Shown: one piece after another, positions 21,462 to 32,340 of the stretch
Layout of the letters: the number at the start of each line of letters is the position of its first letter
Position numbering within the stretch: the stretch's first letter is position 1
NCBI GenBank assembly: GCA_947503755.1
Contig: CANNFC010000001.1
Coordinates: 8,808 to 72,807, forward strand
DNA from: Rickettsiales bacterium
GTDB taxonomy: Bacteria; Pseudomonadota; Alphaproteobacteria; Rickettsiales; UBA1997
Direction of reading: 5' to 3'
Length of the DNA stretch: 64,000 nucleotides
The notes under the pieces: generated by a model
Told to the model about the DNA's origin: nothing
What the model saw: only the letters and a program-made list of their open reading frames with translations
The model's database searches: none
Made by a program: the position numbers and the translations under genes

Positions 21462-22700
21462 ATGCAATTTAATTATAATAATTTTCAGCAACGAAAGAAA
21501 AAAGAAGCTTTATTTAAGATCTTGACAATATCTTGCATATTTTTTGCTATTATTTTTTTATTAACTTTATTTTTATTAATTACACATAAAGCCCAACCAG
21601 CTTTTTTGAGAACAAAAATCGCTCTCGAAATTGATCTTACCAATCAAACTAATTTAAAAAATATAGATTATCGTCAAATAATTAAAGATGCTTTAATTAA
21701 ACAATTTTCCCACACAATAAACAACGATAAAGCCAGCGATCAAAACATTGTTAACACTAATTCTCTTTATCAATTAATTAGCAAAATTAGCAATCTAGAG
21801 CTAAAACAAGCTATCGAAAAAAATCAAAATTTGTTAGGTAGTAAGTTTTTATTTTGGCTTTCGGCAAGTTCAAAGCTTGATATAGCATTTAAATATCATA
21901 ATCAGCATCATCTTAATTTGTTGCAACAAAAAATTCTATCTCAATTGCAAGAACAGCAAAAAATTAAAACCTACTTTAACTGGCAATTTTGGCAATACGG
22001 AGACTCTCGAGAACCAGAAATTGCGGGCATCGCTTCTAGTTTAGCTGGTTCTTTTTTAACTATGTTGGTATTTTTATTGTTGGCAATGCCTCTTGCAGTG
22101 GCTTGTGGTTTTTATCTAGAAGAATTTGCTCCAAAAAATACTTTCACCAATATCATAGAGGTGAGTTTAAATAATTTGGCGGCCATACCATCAATCATTT
22201 ATGGTTTGCTTGGTTTAATTATTTATTTGCAAATATTTAAATTGCCACGATCTTCTAGTTTAGTTGGCGGTCTTACTTTGTTTATGTTGGTTTTGCCAAT
22301 TATTATTATTTCAACAAGAAATGCTATAAGAACAATTCCAAAAAATATCAGAGATGCCGCTTTGGGGCTTGGAGCATCTTCTTTTCAGGTTGTTTTGCAT
22401 CATTTATTGCCACTGTCTTTGCCAGGAATTATGACAGGCACAATTTTAGCAGTTTCGCGAGCATTAGGCGAAACCGCCCCTTTGTTGATGATTGGTATGG
22501 TTGCTTTTATTGTTGATATACCTAAAAAATTCAGCGATCCTACCACGGTTTTGCCAGTGCAAATTTATTTATGGTCAGACTCTCAAGAAGTTGGTTTTGC
22601 CGAAAAAACTTCGGCAGGAATTTTGGTTTTATTGTCTTTTTTGATTTTACTCAATTTAACCGCAGTTTTAATTAGAAGAAAGTTTGAAAAAAAATGGTAA
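21462..22700 (+). CDS. pstA: Phosphate ABC transporter permease (PstA-like)
   Basis: The 412-aa protein has multiple TM segments and the EAA-type loop DAALGLGASSFQVVLHHLLPLSLPGIMTG. It has a long periplasmic N-terminal loop. It lies 11 kb from pstB. Confidence 0.7.
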   Translation: MQFNYNNFQQRKKKEALFKILTISCIFFAIIFLLTLFLLITHKAQPAFLRTKIALEIDLTNQTNLKNIDYRQIIKDALIKQFSHTINNDKASDQNIVNTNSLYQLISKISNLELKQAIEKNQNLLGSKFLFWLSASSKLDIAFKYHNQHHLNLLQQKILSQLQEQQKIKTYFNWQFWQYGDSREPEIAGIASSLAGSFLTMLVFLLLAMPLAVACGFYLEEFAPKNTFTNIIEVSLNNLAAIPSIIYGLLGLIIYLQIFKLPRSSSLVGGLTLFMLVLPIIIISTRNAIRTIPKNIRDAALGLGASSFQVVLHHLLPLSLPGIMTGTILAVSRALGETAPLLMIGMVAFIVDIPKKFSDPTTVLPVQIYLWSDSQEVGFAEKTSAGILVLLSFLILLNLTAVLIRRKFEKKW

Positions 22701-23485
22701 AAATAGTTGGAATTCTCAATTTAACTCCCGATTCTTTTTTTGATGGTGGCAAGCACAATACTTGGGAATTAGCCTTACAACAAGTGGCAAAAATGCTTCA
22801 AGCAGGTGCTTGTATTATTGATATTGGGGCAGAATCTACCAAGCCAAATTCTCAACCTCTCACTTTACAACAAGAACAAGAAAGATTGTTAAAAATTTTA
22901 CCGTCAATTATTGCTTATATTAAAACATTTAATAAAGAAAATCAAAAAAACATCAAAATTAGCTTAGATTCTTATCATTTTCACACTATTAAAATGGGTT
23001 TAGAAATGGGTATCGATATAATTAACGATGTTAGTGGCTTGGTTGATGAAAAAATAGTTGATTTAGCCCTGCAATATCAATGTCAAGTGATTTTGATGCA
23101 TAATTTAGCTATTCATTCTAATCCAAATTTAATTATTAATACAAATCTCAACATTAATTCTGAAATTTTTAATTGGGCTAAACAAAAAATAGCTAAATTA
23201 CTTGCTAAAGGTGTAAAAAAAACTAACATTATTTTTGATCCAGGCTTGGGATTTAGTAAAAATACCGCACAATGCATAAAAATTTTAAAAGAAATTGCCA
23301 TTTATCATAATTTAGGAGTAGAAATTTTAGTTGGCCATTCGCAAAAAAGTTTTTTAGATGCCATAGAAATTGAAAATTTATCTAGATCTCAAAAAACCTT
23401 GCTTATTTCTCAATATTTAGCTAAAAAACAAGTGCAATATTTAAGAGTGCATAATGTTTATGAAAATTATCAAGTGTTGAAGTGA
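22694..23485 (+). CDS. folP: Dihydropteroate synthase
   Basis: GILNLTPDSFFDGG, IIDIGAEST and DPGLGF motifs are present. It overlaps the pstA end by 7 nt. Confidence 0.85.
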   Translation: MVKIVGILNLTPDSFFDGGKHNTWELALQQVAKMLQAGACIIDIGAESTKPNSQPLTLQQEQERLLKILPSIIAYIKTFNKENQKNIKISLDSYHFHTIKMGLEMGIDIINDVSGLVDEKIVDLALQYQCQVILMHNLAIHSNPNLIINTNLNINSEIFNWAKQKIAKLLAKGVKKTNIIFDPGLGFSKNTAQCIKILKEIAIYHNLGVEILVGHSQKSFLDAIEIENLSRSQKTLLISQYLAKKQVQYLRVHNVYENYQVLK

Positions 23486-23509
23486 TGCCATTTCCCATCT
23501 TTAAATGCA

Positions 23510-24424
23510 TCAAAATACTAAACTAAGCAAAGTAACTGTTATTATTGAGGTAAAACAACTTATGATAATGGCGATTTTAATGGCTTCATCATTTGCTTGA
23601 TATTGATTGGTGAGTACATAAATTAAAAATGCAGTTGGTGCGGAAGCTATAATGATTAAGCTTTTTAACCAATAATCTGTCAGATGAAACAAAAAATAGC
23701 CAACACATAAGGCAAATAATGGGTGTATTAAATTTTTTACCACAACGATTTTGATAACTTTAATTTTTTGCAGTTTGTCATTAAACTTTATTGCAGCGCA
23801 GTTTAAGCCAAAAATAAATAAAGCCATCCCCGTGCCAGCATTTCCTAAGATTTTAATTGATTCATATAAAAAATTATTTTTAAAAGAGTGTAATTGCCAA
23901 TAATTTAAAAATAAGCCAAGAAACGGCATAAAAACAAGTGGAGTTTTTATGACCTGTAAAAAAACATTCTTTTTTTGAGCTTCGTTGTTGTTAAAAAATG
24001 TAAGAATTGCTATCATAATAGATTGTATAATCATAACTTGAACTAAATTAGCAATTATAGCAGAAACGGAGTTGCCAAATAAAAAAAATGTGATGGGCAC
24101 AGAATATAGGGTGGTATTTGAATAGCTAGAGGCGAAAGATAAGGCGAATCGTTGTTTAAGAATGCTGTTTTTATGAAGCAACATTGCCAATAAAAAAGTA
24201 AAAAACCAAGTTGCTAGATAGGCAAAGATAAATTTAATATTGAAAATCGTTTTTAATTCAGAAGAAAATGTAACCGAAAAAAGAAAGCACGGAAAGGCTA
24301 TTTTAAATAAAAAAATCTCAAAGCTTTTAACATTATGATCGTCAAAAATTTTAATATTTCTCGCTACACAACCAATAAAAATTACTCCAATGGCCGGCAA
24401 TAAAGAAAAAAATAAAGAATTCAT
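23510..24424 (-). CDS. AEC (auxin efflux carrier) family membrane transporter
   Basis: This is a polytopic membrane protein of about 304 aa. The start is placed at MNSLFFSLLPAIG (ATG at 24424). The 46-codon upstream extension in the ORF track is a translation of repeat cluster C. Confidence 0.6.
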   Translation of the reverse strand: MNSLFFSLLPAIGVIFIGCVARNIKIFDDHNVKSFEIFLFKIAFPCFLFSVTFSSELKTIFNIKFIFAYLATWFFTFLLAMLLHKNSILKQRFALSFASSYSNTTLYSVPITFFLFGNSVSAIIANLVQVMIIQSIMIAILTFFNNNEAQKKNVFLQVIKTPLVFMPFLGLFLNYWQLHSFKNNFLYESIKILGNAGTGMALFIFGLNCAAIKFNDKLQKIKVIKIVVVKNLIHPLFALCVGYFLFHLTDYWLKSLIIIASAPTAFLIYVLTNQYQANDEAIKIAIIISCFTSIITVTLLSLVF

Positions 24425-24498
24425 AGATATTGTGAGAACTTTGTTATAAAATAGTTTATAAAATTTTAAATAATAAAAATTAATTAAGCAAGCAGCTC

Positions 24499-24714
24499 TC
24501 GATCTAAATTCCCCTTCTTGTAGAAGGGGTGGCACGAAGTGCCGGGGTAGTGTCGGCAACACACGGTAAGATCTTTCTTCGAAAAAACATCTGCGATCGT
24601 CTCACAAAACTTCCCCTTCTACAAGAAGGGGAATTCTGACCGAGAAATGCTTGCCGACATTGCCTCGACACTTCGTTCTGCTCTGCACCAGAAGAGGGGA
24701 AATTTAGATCGAAG
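24499..24714. repeat. Palindromic repeat cluster C (R1-type element)
   Basis: 24499-24568 is identical over 70 nt to 41901-41970. The right end is ggggaaatttagatcgaag. Confidence 0.9.
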
Positions 24715-24737
24715 TTTGGTTTACACACAAGATTTTA

Positions 24738-25145
24738 TTAATTTGGATTGGTAACAAAAACAACATTGACTAAATTATGTTTTTGCAACAAGGCAAGTAG
24801 TGCAGTGATGTTGCCGTAGCTAGTGTCTTTATCGGCATTTAGATGTATTTCTTGACTGCTATTATGCATTGCAATATCAATTAAATGATTGTTTAAATCT
24901 AGCAAACTACTAGCTTTTTCTTCTAAAAAATACTCTCCGTTTTTGGTGATGGCAATGACAATTGGTTGAGTATTGCCAATTTGCTGAGCTTTATCTTTAG
25001 GAAGTTCTAGCGAAATTGCCGAGTGCACACTTGGAGCGCAAACCATCAGCACAATTAAAAGCACCAACAACACATCAACCAAAGGAGTGATGTTGATTTC
25101 GGTGAGCGGGGCATGCAGATTTTCGTTATCAAAAGAATTTAACAT
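24738..25145 (-). CDS. exbD: Biopolymer transport protein ExbD/TolR
   Basis: The 135-aa protein has the INITPLVDVLLVLLIV TM motif. It is downstream of and overlaps exbB. Confidence 0.85.
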   Translation of the reverse strand: MLNSFDNENLHAPLTEINITPLVDVLLVLLIVLMVCAPSVHSAISLELPKDKAQQIGNTQPIVIAITKNGEYFLEEKASSLLDLNNHLIDIAMHNSSQEIHLNADKDTSYGNITALLALLQKHNLVNVVFVTNPN

Positions 25146-25819
25146 TTTTTTGTCAATAAACTAAAACAAATATTTTCAGATAAATGTCTTAAATGTTGCA
25201 TCAATAATTTGTTATATCTCACAATGCCATTATAGGCAAGCATTGCTGGTATTGCCACCGCCAGACCGATGGCAGTGGTAACCAACGATTCGGCAATTGG
25301 GCCTGCCACCACTGAAATAGAGGCGTTACCGCTTGTGGCGATTTTTGCAAAACCGTGATAAATGCCTAAAACCGTGCCAAACAAGCCAATAAAAGTTGAG
25401 CCAGAGCCAATAGAACCAAGTAAAGTGAGGCCTTTATCGAGTTGGCAACGAATGTTATCGAGCTTTTGCACCAGCTGAGTGATGATAAATTCTTTTTGCA
25501 AATCAATATCTAGTTCTAAATTTTTATTTTGCTCTAAACTAGGTATTGCAGAAAACAAAGCAAAAACAGCAGAATGTTTAGGTAAAGATTGATATTTTTG
25601 ACTTTTAAGAAAATTTTGCCCAAAATTTTGCCCAAAATTTTGCCAAAAATTTTGCCAAAAATTTTGATGATTAACAAGTTTTAAAGCTTTGAATTGGCCA
25701 TAAAGTTGATAAGTTTTGTAAAAAATGAGATACCAACTAAATAAAGAGGCGAACAACAAAATTGCCACCACCACATTGGCAACAAAATTATTTTGAGCAA
25801 GAACTGCAAAAAGATTCAT
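25139..25819 (-). CDS. exbB: MotA/TolQ/ExbB proton-channel protein
   Basis: The 226-aa protein has three TM segments and the conserved GLFGTVLGI...AESLVTTAIGLAVAIPA. It lies in a tonB-exbB-exbD arrangement. Confidence 0.85.
   Translation of the reverse strand: MNLFAVLAQNNFVANVVVAILLFASLFSWYLIFYKTYQLYGQFKALKLVNHQNFWQNFWQNFGQNFGQNFLKSQKYQSLPKHSAVFALFSAIPSLEQNKNLELDIDLQKEFIITQLVQKLDNIRCQLDKGLTLLGSIGSGSTFIGLFGTVLGIYHGFAKIATSGNASISVVAGPIAESLVTTAIGLAVAIPAMLAYNGIVRYNKLLMQHLRHLSENICFSLLTKKC
25620..25676. repeat. In-frame 12-bp tandem repeat (about 4.75 copies) inside exbB
   Basis: aaaattttgccc x2 and aaaattttgcca x2 plus a partial copy encode QNFWQNFWQNFGQNFGQNF on the minus strand. Confidence 0.95.
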
Positions 25820-25821
25820 AG

Positions 25822-26400
25822 TTAAGTGAGTTGAAATTTAATAGGCACCAAAACAGAAGCCTTAACATTGTGACCATTTTGTTTTGCCGACACAAATTGC
25901 CATTTTTTCACTGCCAAAATTGCTGATTGATCTAAAACATCAAAACCACTGCTTTGATGAATATTAATTTCGGCAGGCAAGCCGTTTTCTTGCACCGTCA
26001 CTAGTAAAATTACTTCGCCTTCTATGCCCATTCGTTTGGCAGAAAGAGGATATTGCGGTGGGTTGTTATTGAGATATTCTGCTTCAAATTGTGGAGCGAT
26101 AATGCTAGAATTGTTGCTGTTGCTGTGTTTAGACTGATTAGTTGCTTGATTTACCAAACTATTTTTATCATTTTTTGTAGGTGATTTTGCTTTTTTTACA
26201 TTTGATGTTGTTGCTGTATTTTGTTTTAAGATGTTTGTTTGAGTGGCTATTTTAAAGCTTAAACTCGTGGCAATTTGCGGCTTGATGGCATAATTTGAAA
26301 CAGCAATTGAATTGCCAGGAAAACCACCAAAAACTAACAAAAAGTGCAAAAAAATAGAAAAAGCAAAAGCAAAATGTTTAAAATTGACAGATAAAGACAT
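25822..26400 (-). CDS. tonB: Energy transducer TonB
   Basis: An N-terminal anchor, a low-complexity linker and a C-terminal TonB domain (YPLSAKRMGIEGEVILLV...NGLP) are present. It is immediately upstream of exbB. Confidence 0.8.
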   Translation of the reverse strand: MSLSVNFKHFAFAFSIFLHFLLVFGGFPGNSIAVSNYAIKPQIATSLSFKIATQTNILKQNTATTSNVKKAKSPTKNDKNSLVNQATNQSKHSNSNNSSIIAPQFEAEYLNNNPPQYPLSAKRMGIEGEVILLVTVQENGLPAEINIHQSSGFDVLDQSAILAVKKWQFVSAKQNGHNVKASVLVPIKFQLT

Positions 26401-26582
26401 AATAAATTAATGACTATTTTTTAGCAAAAAAAAATTATAAAATATATTTCTTTGATAGTCAATATCATTTTCAATTGAAAACAATATTTTACCAAGAAAA
26501 AATCATAAATAAAGACTTGATTATATTTGTTGGCTGAATTAAAATAATCAAAATATTATCCAATTTTAACATAAAAAATCAT

Positions 26583-27515
26583 ATGAAATTGTTAGCTTGT
26601 AATAGCAACAAACAACTGGCTTCTCAAATAGCTTCGCATCTTAAACTTGATTTGGTTTTGGCAGAGGTAAAAAAATTTGCTGATCACGAAATTTTTGTTG
26701 AAATAGCCGAAAATGTGAGGGGGCAAGATGTTTTTATTTTACAGTCAACTTCTTATCCTGCCAACGATCATCTAATGGAGCTTCTTATTGCTATCGATGC
26801 CCTAAGAAGAGCTTCTTCTAAACGAATTACTGCGGTAATGCCCTATTTTGGCTATGCCAGACAAGATCGTAAAGTTGCCCCGCGTACACCAATTTCTGCC
26901 AAATTAATTGCCAATCTCATCACTTCTGCTGGGGCAGATCGAGTTCTTACTCTCGATTTACATGCTGGTCAAATACAGGGTTTCTTCGATATTCCTGTCG
27001 ACAATCTCTATGCTTCTCCTTTGTTTATCGATCATATTTTACAAAATTTTGATGTTAACAATTTAACCATTGTTTCTCCCGATGTGGGCGGTTTAGTGCG
27101 GGCTCGTAATGTCGCTAGCAAAATTTCTGCCGATTTAGCCATTGTCGACAAAAAAAGAGTTAAGCCAGGAGAAAGCGAAGTGATGAACATTATTGGCAAT
27201 GTTGCTAACAAAAATTGCATTATTGTTGATGATATGGTTGATTCTGGTGGCACTTTATGCAATGCCGCCTCTGCCTTAATTAATCAGGGTGCCAAAACTG
27301 TTTCTGCCTACATTACACACGGTGTTTTATCGCAAAATGCTTGGCAAAAAATTGCTAATTCGCAATTGCAAAAATTAATTATCACCAATTCTATCAATCC
27401 AACCGCACAAACTTTAACAGCATCAAACATAGAAATTATCGATATTTCTTTTCTTTTGGCAACTGCAATTAACAGCATTGCTTGCGAAAAATCTTTATCT
27501 GCTTTATTTAATTAA
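26583..27515 (+). CDS. prs: Ribose-phosphate pyrophosphokinase
   Basis: [27 protein letters not shown] and the PRPP-binding [12 protein letters not shown] motifs are present. Confidence 0.95.
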   Translation: MKLLACNSNKQLASQIASHLKLDLVLAEVKKFADHEIFVEIAENVRGQDVFILQSTSYPANDHLMELLIAIDALRRASSKRITAVMPYFGYARQDRKVAPRTPISAKLIANLITSAGADRVLTLDLHAGQIQGFFDIPVDNLYASPLFIDHILQNFDVNNLTIVSPDVGGLVRARNVASKISADLAIVDKKRVKPGESEVMNIIGNVANKNCIIVDDMVDSGGTLCNAASALINQGAKTVSAYITHGVLSQNAWQKIANSQLQKLIITNSINPTAQTLTASNIEIIDISFLLATAINSIACEKSLSALFN

Positions 27516-27527
27516 TTTTTTTGCCAA

Positions 27528-28073
27528 ATGAAAAAACTTTTATTAAAACTGTTTCTTCAACATAAAAAACAAATTTTTAACATTTCAGCAATTTTAGTGT
27601 TTACTTTAATAATTTTTGTTTTGGTTTCTGTGGTTGCAAATGTTTTATATCGTTATAAAAATATCAATCAAAGAGGCTTTTTTATTGAATTTGCCACCGA
27701 TGGCAAACCAGTTGTTAAAGAGCCAGAAAAAATCCCCGATCTTAACGAATTACTTGCCTCTGCCGATTTTTCTCGAGGCGAAAAAATTTTCAAAAAATGC
27801 TCTTCTTGTCATAACATAAATCAAGGCGAAGGGGCAAAAGTTGGCCCAAATCTTTATGGTGTTGTTGGTAGAAAAAAGGGTTCGACAATGGGTTTTGCTT
27901 ATTCTGAAAGCTTAATTGCCAAAGGCGGGGCTTGGAGCAAAGATGAAATTAATCAATTTATCACTAAGCCAAAAAACTATATCGCAGGCACTAAAATGGC
28001 TTTTGCTGGTCTAAAAAAACCACAAGATCGAGCAGATGTTATTTCATATCTTGAAAAAAAATCGAACAACTAA
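27528..28073 (+). CDS. Membrane-anchored class I cytochrome c (CycM-like)
   Basis: An N-terminal TM anchor, the heme-binding CSSCHN and a distal KMAFAGLKK methionine region are present. Confidence 0.85.
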   Translation: MKKLLLKLFLQHKKQIFNISAILVFTLIIFVLVSVVANVLYRYKNINQRGFFIEFATDGKPVVKEPEKIPDLNELLASADFSRGEKIFKKCSSCHNINQGEGAKVGPNLYGVVGRKKGSTMGFAYSESLIAKGGAWSKDEINQFITKPKNYIAGTKMAFAGLKKPQDRADVISYLEKKSNN

Positions 28074-28076
28074 ACT

Positions 28077-30117
<2,041 letters not shown>

Positions 30118-30121
30118 ACTT

Positions 30122-30589
30122 ATGCAAAAATTTCTCATCACCGAAAATGGCTATGCAAAACTCAGAGAAACCCTCGAAAATTTAAAAAATCACGAAAGAC
30201 CAAAAGTGATACAACAAATCGCCGCCGCGCGAGAATTGGGCGATTTACGCGAAAATGCCGAATATCATTCTGCCAAAGAAAAACAAGGCTTTATCGAGGC
30301 ACAAATTGCCGACTACGAAGACAAAATCAACCGAGCAGAAATTGTCTATATTTCTAAACTTTCTGGCAATAAAGTGTTGTTTGGTGCCACCGTTTTGCTT
30401 GACAATGGCAAAAAAGAAATATCCTATCAAATTGTTAGCGATTTTGAAGCCAATCTAGATCTTGGCCTAATTTCTGCCAATTCTCCAGTTGCCAAAGCCT
30501 TGCTTGGCAAAGAAGTTGGCGACGAAATCGAAATCAACACTCCTGGCGGAATAGTTTTTTACGAAATCTTGTCAATCAAGTTTGTTTAA
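30122..30589 (+). CDS. greA: Transcription elongation factor GreA
   Basis: The 155-aa protein has AAARELGDLRENAEYHSAKE and a C-terminal SPVAKALLGK. Confidence 0.95.
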   Translation: MQKFLITENGYAKLRETLENLKNHERPKVIQQIAAARELGDLRENAEYHSAKEKQGFIEAQIADYEDKINRAEIVYISKLSGNKVLFGATVLLDNGKKEISYQIVSDFEANLDLGLISANSPVAKALLGKEVGDEIEINTPGGIVFYEILSIKFV

Positions 30590-30592
30590 ATT

Positions 30593-31366
30593 ATGCAAGT
30601 TAATCAAATAATTTGCGGTGATTGTCGCGATGTTTTATCTGGTTTTCCCGACAAAACATTCGATTTAATTTTTGCCGATCCTCCATATAATTTACAACTA
30701 CAACAAACCCTTACTAGACCAGATAACAGTATTGTTGAGGGTGTTGATGATGATTGGGATAAATTTTCTAGTTTTGCCGAATATGATGAATTTTGCCAAC
30801 AATGGCTCACTCAATGTAGAAGAACTCTAAAAGACGATGGAGCAATTTGGGTTATTGGTAGTTATCACAACATTTTTCGAATCGGTAAAATGATGATGGA
30901 TATGGGGTTTTGGATTTTAAACGATGTGCAGTGGTATAAAAAAAACCCTATGCCAAATTTTCGAGGTGTAAGATTTACAAATGCTACAGAAACTTTATTG
31001 TGGTGTAAAAAAAGTTCCGATCAAAAAAAATATACTTTCAATTATCAGCTTATGAAAGAACTTAACGGTGGCAAACAAATGAAATCGGTTTGGGAGATTG
31101 GTTTATGCACTGGAAAAGAAAGATTACGAGATGAAAATGGCAATAAATTACATTCCACTCAAAAACCGCAAGAATTATTACGCCGAGTTATTTTATCATC
31201 TTCAAAAGAAGGCGATTTAATTCTCGATCCTTTCTCTGGAAGCGGGACAACCGCAATGGTTGCAAAAACTTATAATAGAAACTTTATTGGTATAGAAAAA
31301 GAACAAAAATATGTTGATATTTCTTTAGCTAGATTACAAGATGCAATACAAGATTACTTATTATGA
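30593..31366 (+). CDS. Beta-class N6-adenine DNA methyltransferase, short CcrM/HinfI-like form (257 aa)
   Basis: IFADPPYNLQL...RPDNS...DDDWDKFSSFAEYDEF...DDGAIWVIGSYHNIFR...GFWILNDVQWYKKNPMPNFRGVRFTNATETLLWCKK...HSTQKP...DPFSGSGTT closely follows the CcrM/M.HinfI sequence pattern. It lacks the roughly 90-100 aa C-terminal extension of CcrM. Confidence 0.85.
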   Translation: MQVNQIICGDCRDVLSGFPDKTFDLIFADPPYNLQLQQTLTRPDNSIVEGVDDDWDKFSSFAEYDEFCQQWLTQCRRTLKDDGAIWVIGSYHNIFRIGKMMMDMGFWILNDVQWYKKNPMPNFRGVRFTNATETLLWCKKSSDQKKYTFNYQLMKELNGGKQMKSVWEIGLCTGKERLRDENGNKLHSTQKPQELLRRVILSSSKEGDLILDPFSGSGTTAMVAKTYNRNFIGIEKEQKYVDISLARLQDAIQDYLL

Positions 31367-32166
31367 TAACACAATCAGATTTAGAAAATATTATTAGAGA
31401 CTCTATTATAAAACTTGTCAATGAAAGTTTATCTAATAAAAATATCGCAAAACAATATAATAAACATCAAGAAAAAATTCATTTTATTCCTATTCAATAC
31501 AGAATTATAGGCGGTATATTACAATCTCTAAACATTAAATTTGGTAATTTTTTACAAAATCTTTTATCGGCAATCATTTTAAAAGAAGAAAATCTAATAC
31601 TTCATCAGTTATCGGGCAAAAGAATTGCATCTTCTTTTTCAAAAGAAGTTAATAACATTATAGAAGAATATATTTATGATAGAGAAAATAAAGAAGCGAC
31701 CGAATTGGAATTAAATTTAAATTTTACTAAGTTAAAGGAAAATATTACCAATAAAAACAAAATTAACAATGAAGCAATTTTCTTTAAGCAAGATATAGAT
31801 TTATTATTTGAAACAAAAAATCAGATAATTTATTTAGAAATTAAATACAACGACGATCACGATACAGGAAAATTTGCCGATATTAATCGTAAATTTATAA
31901 AAACATTCTTATTAATACAAAATCATATTTCTCCATCTTCAACAAAACCAATAATGCCAATAATTTATTATTTTAATAAAAAAATAAGATGGCAATCTCA
32001 TTATATTCCAAAAGAAAATGTGTTAAGAGGCGGACAGTTATTTGATAAATACTTTTCAACGAAATTTGAACTGTTAGAAGATGCAATAAAAAATATTTCT
32101 CATAATCAAGAATTTATAAAAATTTTTGATGAAATGTCTGAAAATGTAAAAAATCTTTCTTTATAA
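31363..32166 (+). CDS. Uncharacterised protein, candidate Type II restriction endonuclease cognate to the upstream methyltransferase
   Basis: Its start overlaps the methyltransferase stop (ATGA at 31363-31366). It has a PD-(D/E)XK-like motif (DIDLLF...IIYLEIKY). It is 267 aa long. A 100-nt sample (31701-31800) hand-counted at 19% GC, against 36% for 30801-30900 in the methyltransferase. Confidence 0.45.
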   Translation: MITQSDLENIIRDSIIKLVNESLSNKNIAKQYNKHQEKIHFIPIQYRIIGGILQSLNIKFGNFLQNLLSAIILKEENLILHQLSGKRIASSFSKEVNNIIEEYIYDRENKEATELELNLNFTKLKENITNKNKINNEAIFFKQDIDLLFETKNQIIYLEIKYNDDHDTGKFADINRKFIKTFLLIQNHISPSSTKPIMPIIYYFNKKIRWQSHYIPKENVLRGGQLFDKYFSTKFELLEDAIKNISHNQEFIKIFDEMSENVKNLSL

Positions 32167-32280
32167 AGTTTGATAGCAAAAATTTAAAAAAATATTAGAC
32201 CATTTTTTTAATGCAAAAAACAAAAATTATTTGTTGCTTTATTAGAAAAAGCTGTTAGCATAAGTTTTTTAAAAATTTAT

Positions 32281-32311
32281 TACATCTAAAATTCATTTAG
32301 TTTTAGATGTA
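32281..32311 (+). terminator. Perfect 11-bp stem-loop downstream of the R-M pair and upstream of tig
   Basis: The stem is tacatctaaaa / ttttagatgta, with a 9-nt loop (ttcatttag). It is followed by the T-rich sequence tttgtctta. Confidence 0.35.
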
Positions 32312-32340
32312 TTTGTCTTAATTTTAACATCAAAAAAAAT

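Noticed and set aside
24425-24562. A 46-codon N-terminal extension of the AEC transporter reading into repeat cluster C, which could be an RPE-style in-frame insertion into a gene.
   Set aside because: An ATG followed by a typical hydrophobic transporter N-terminus (MNSLFFSLLPAIG) lies at 24424. The extension is pure repeat translation, so there is no evidence it is part of the protein.
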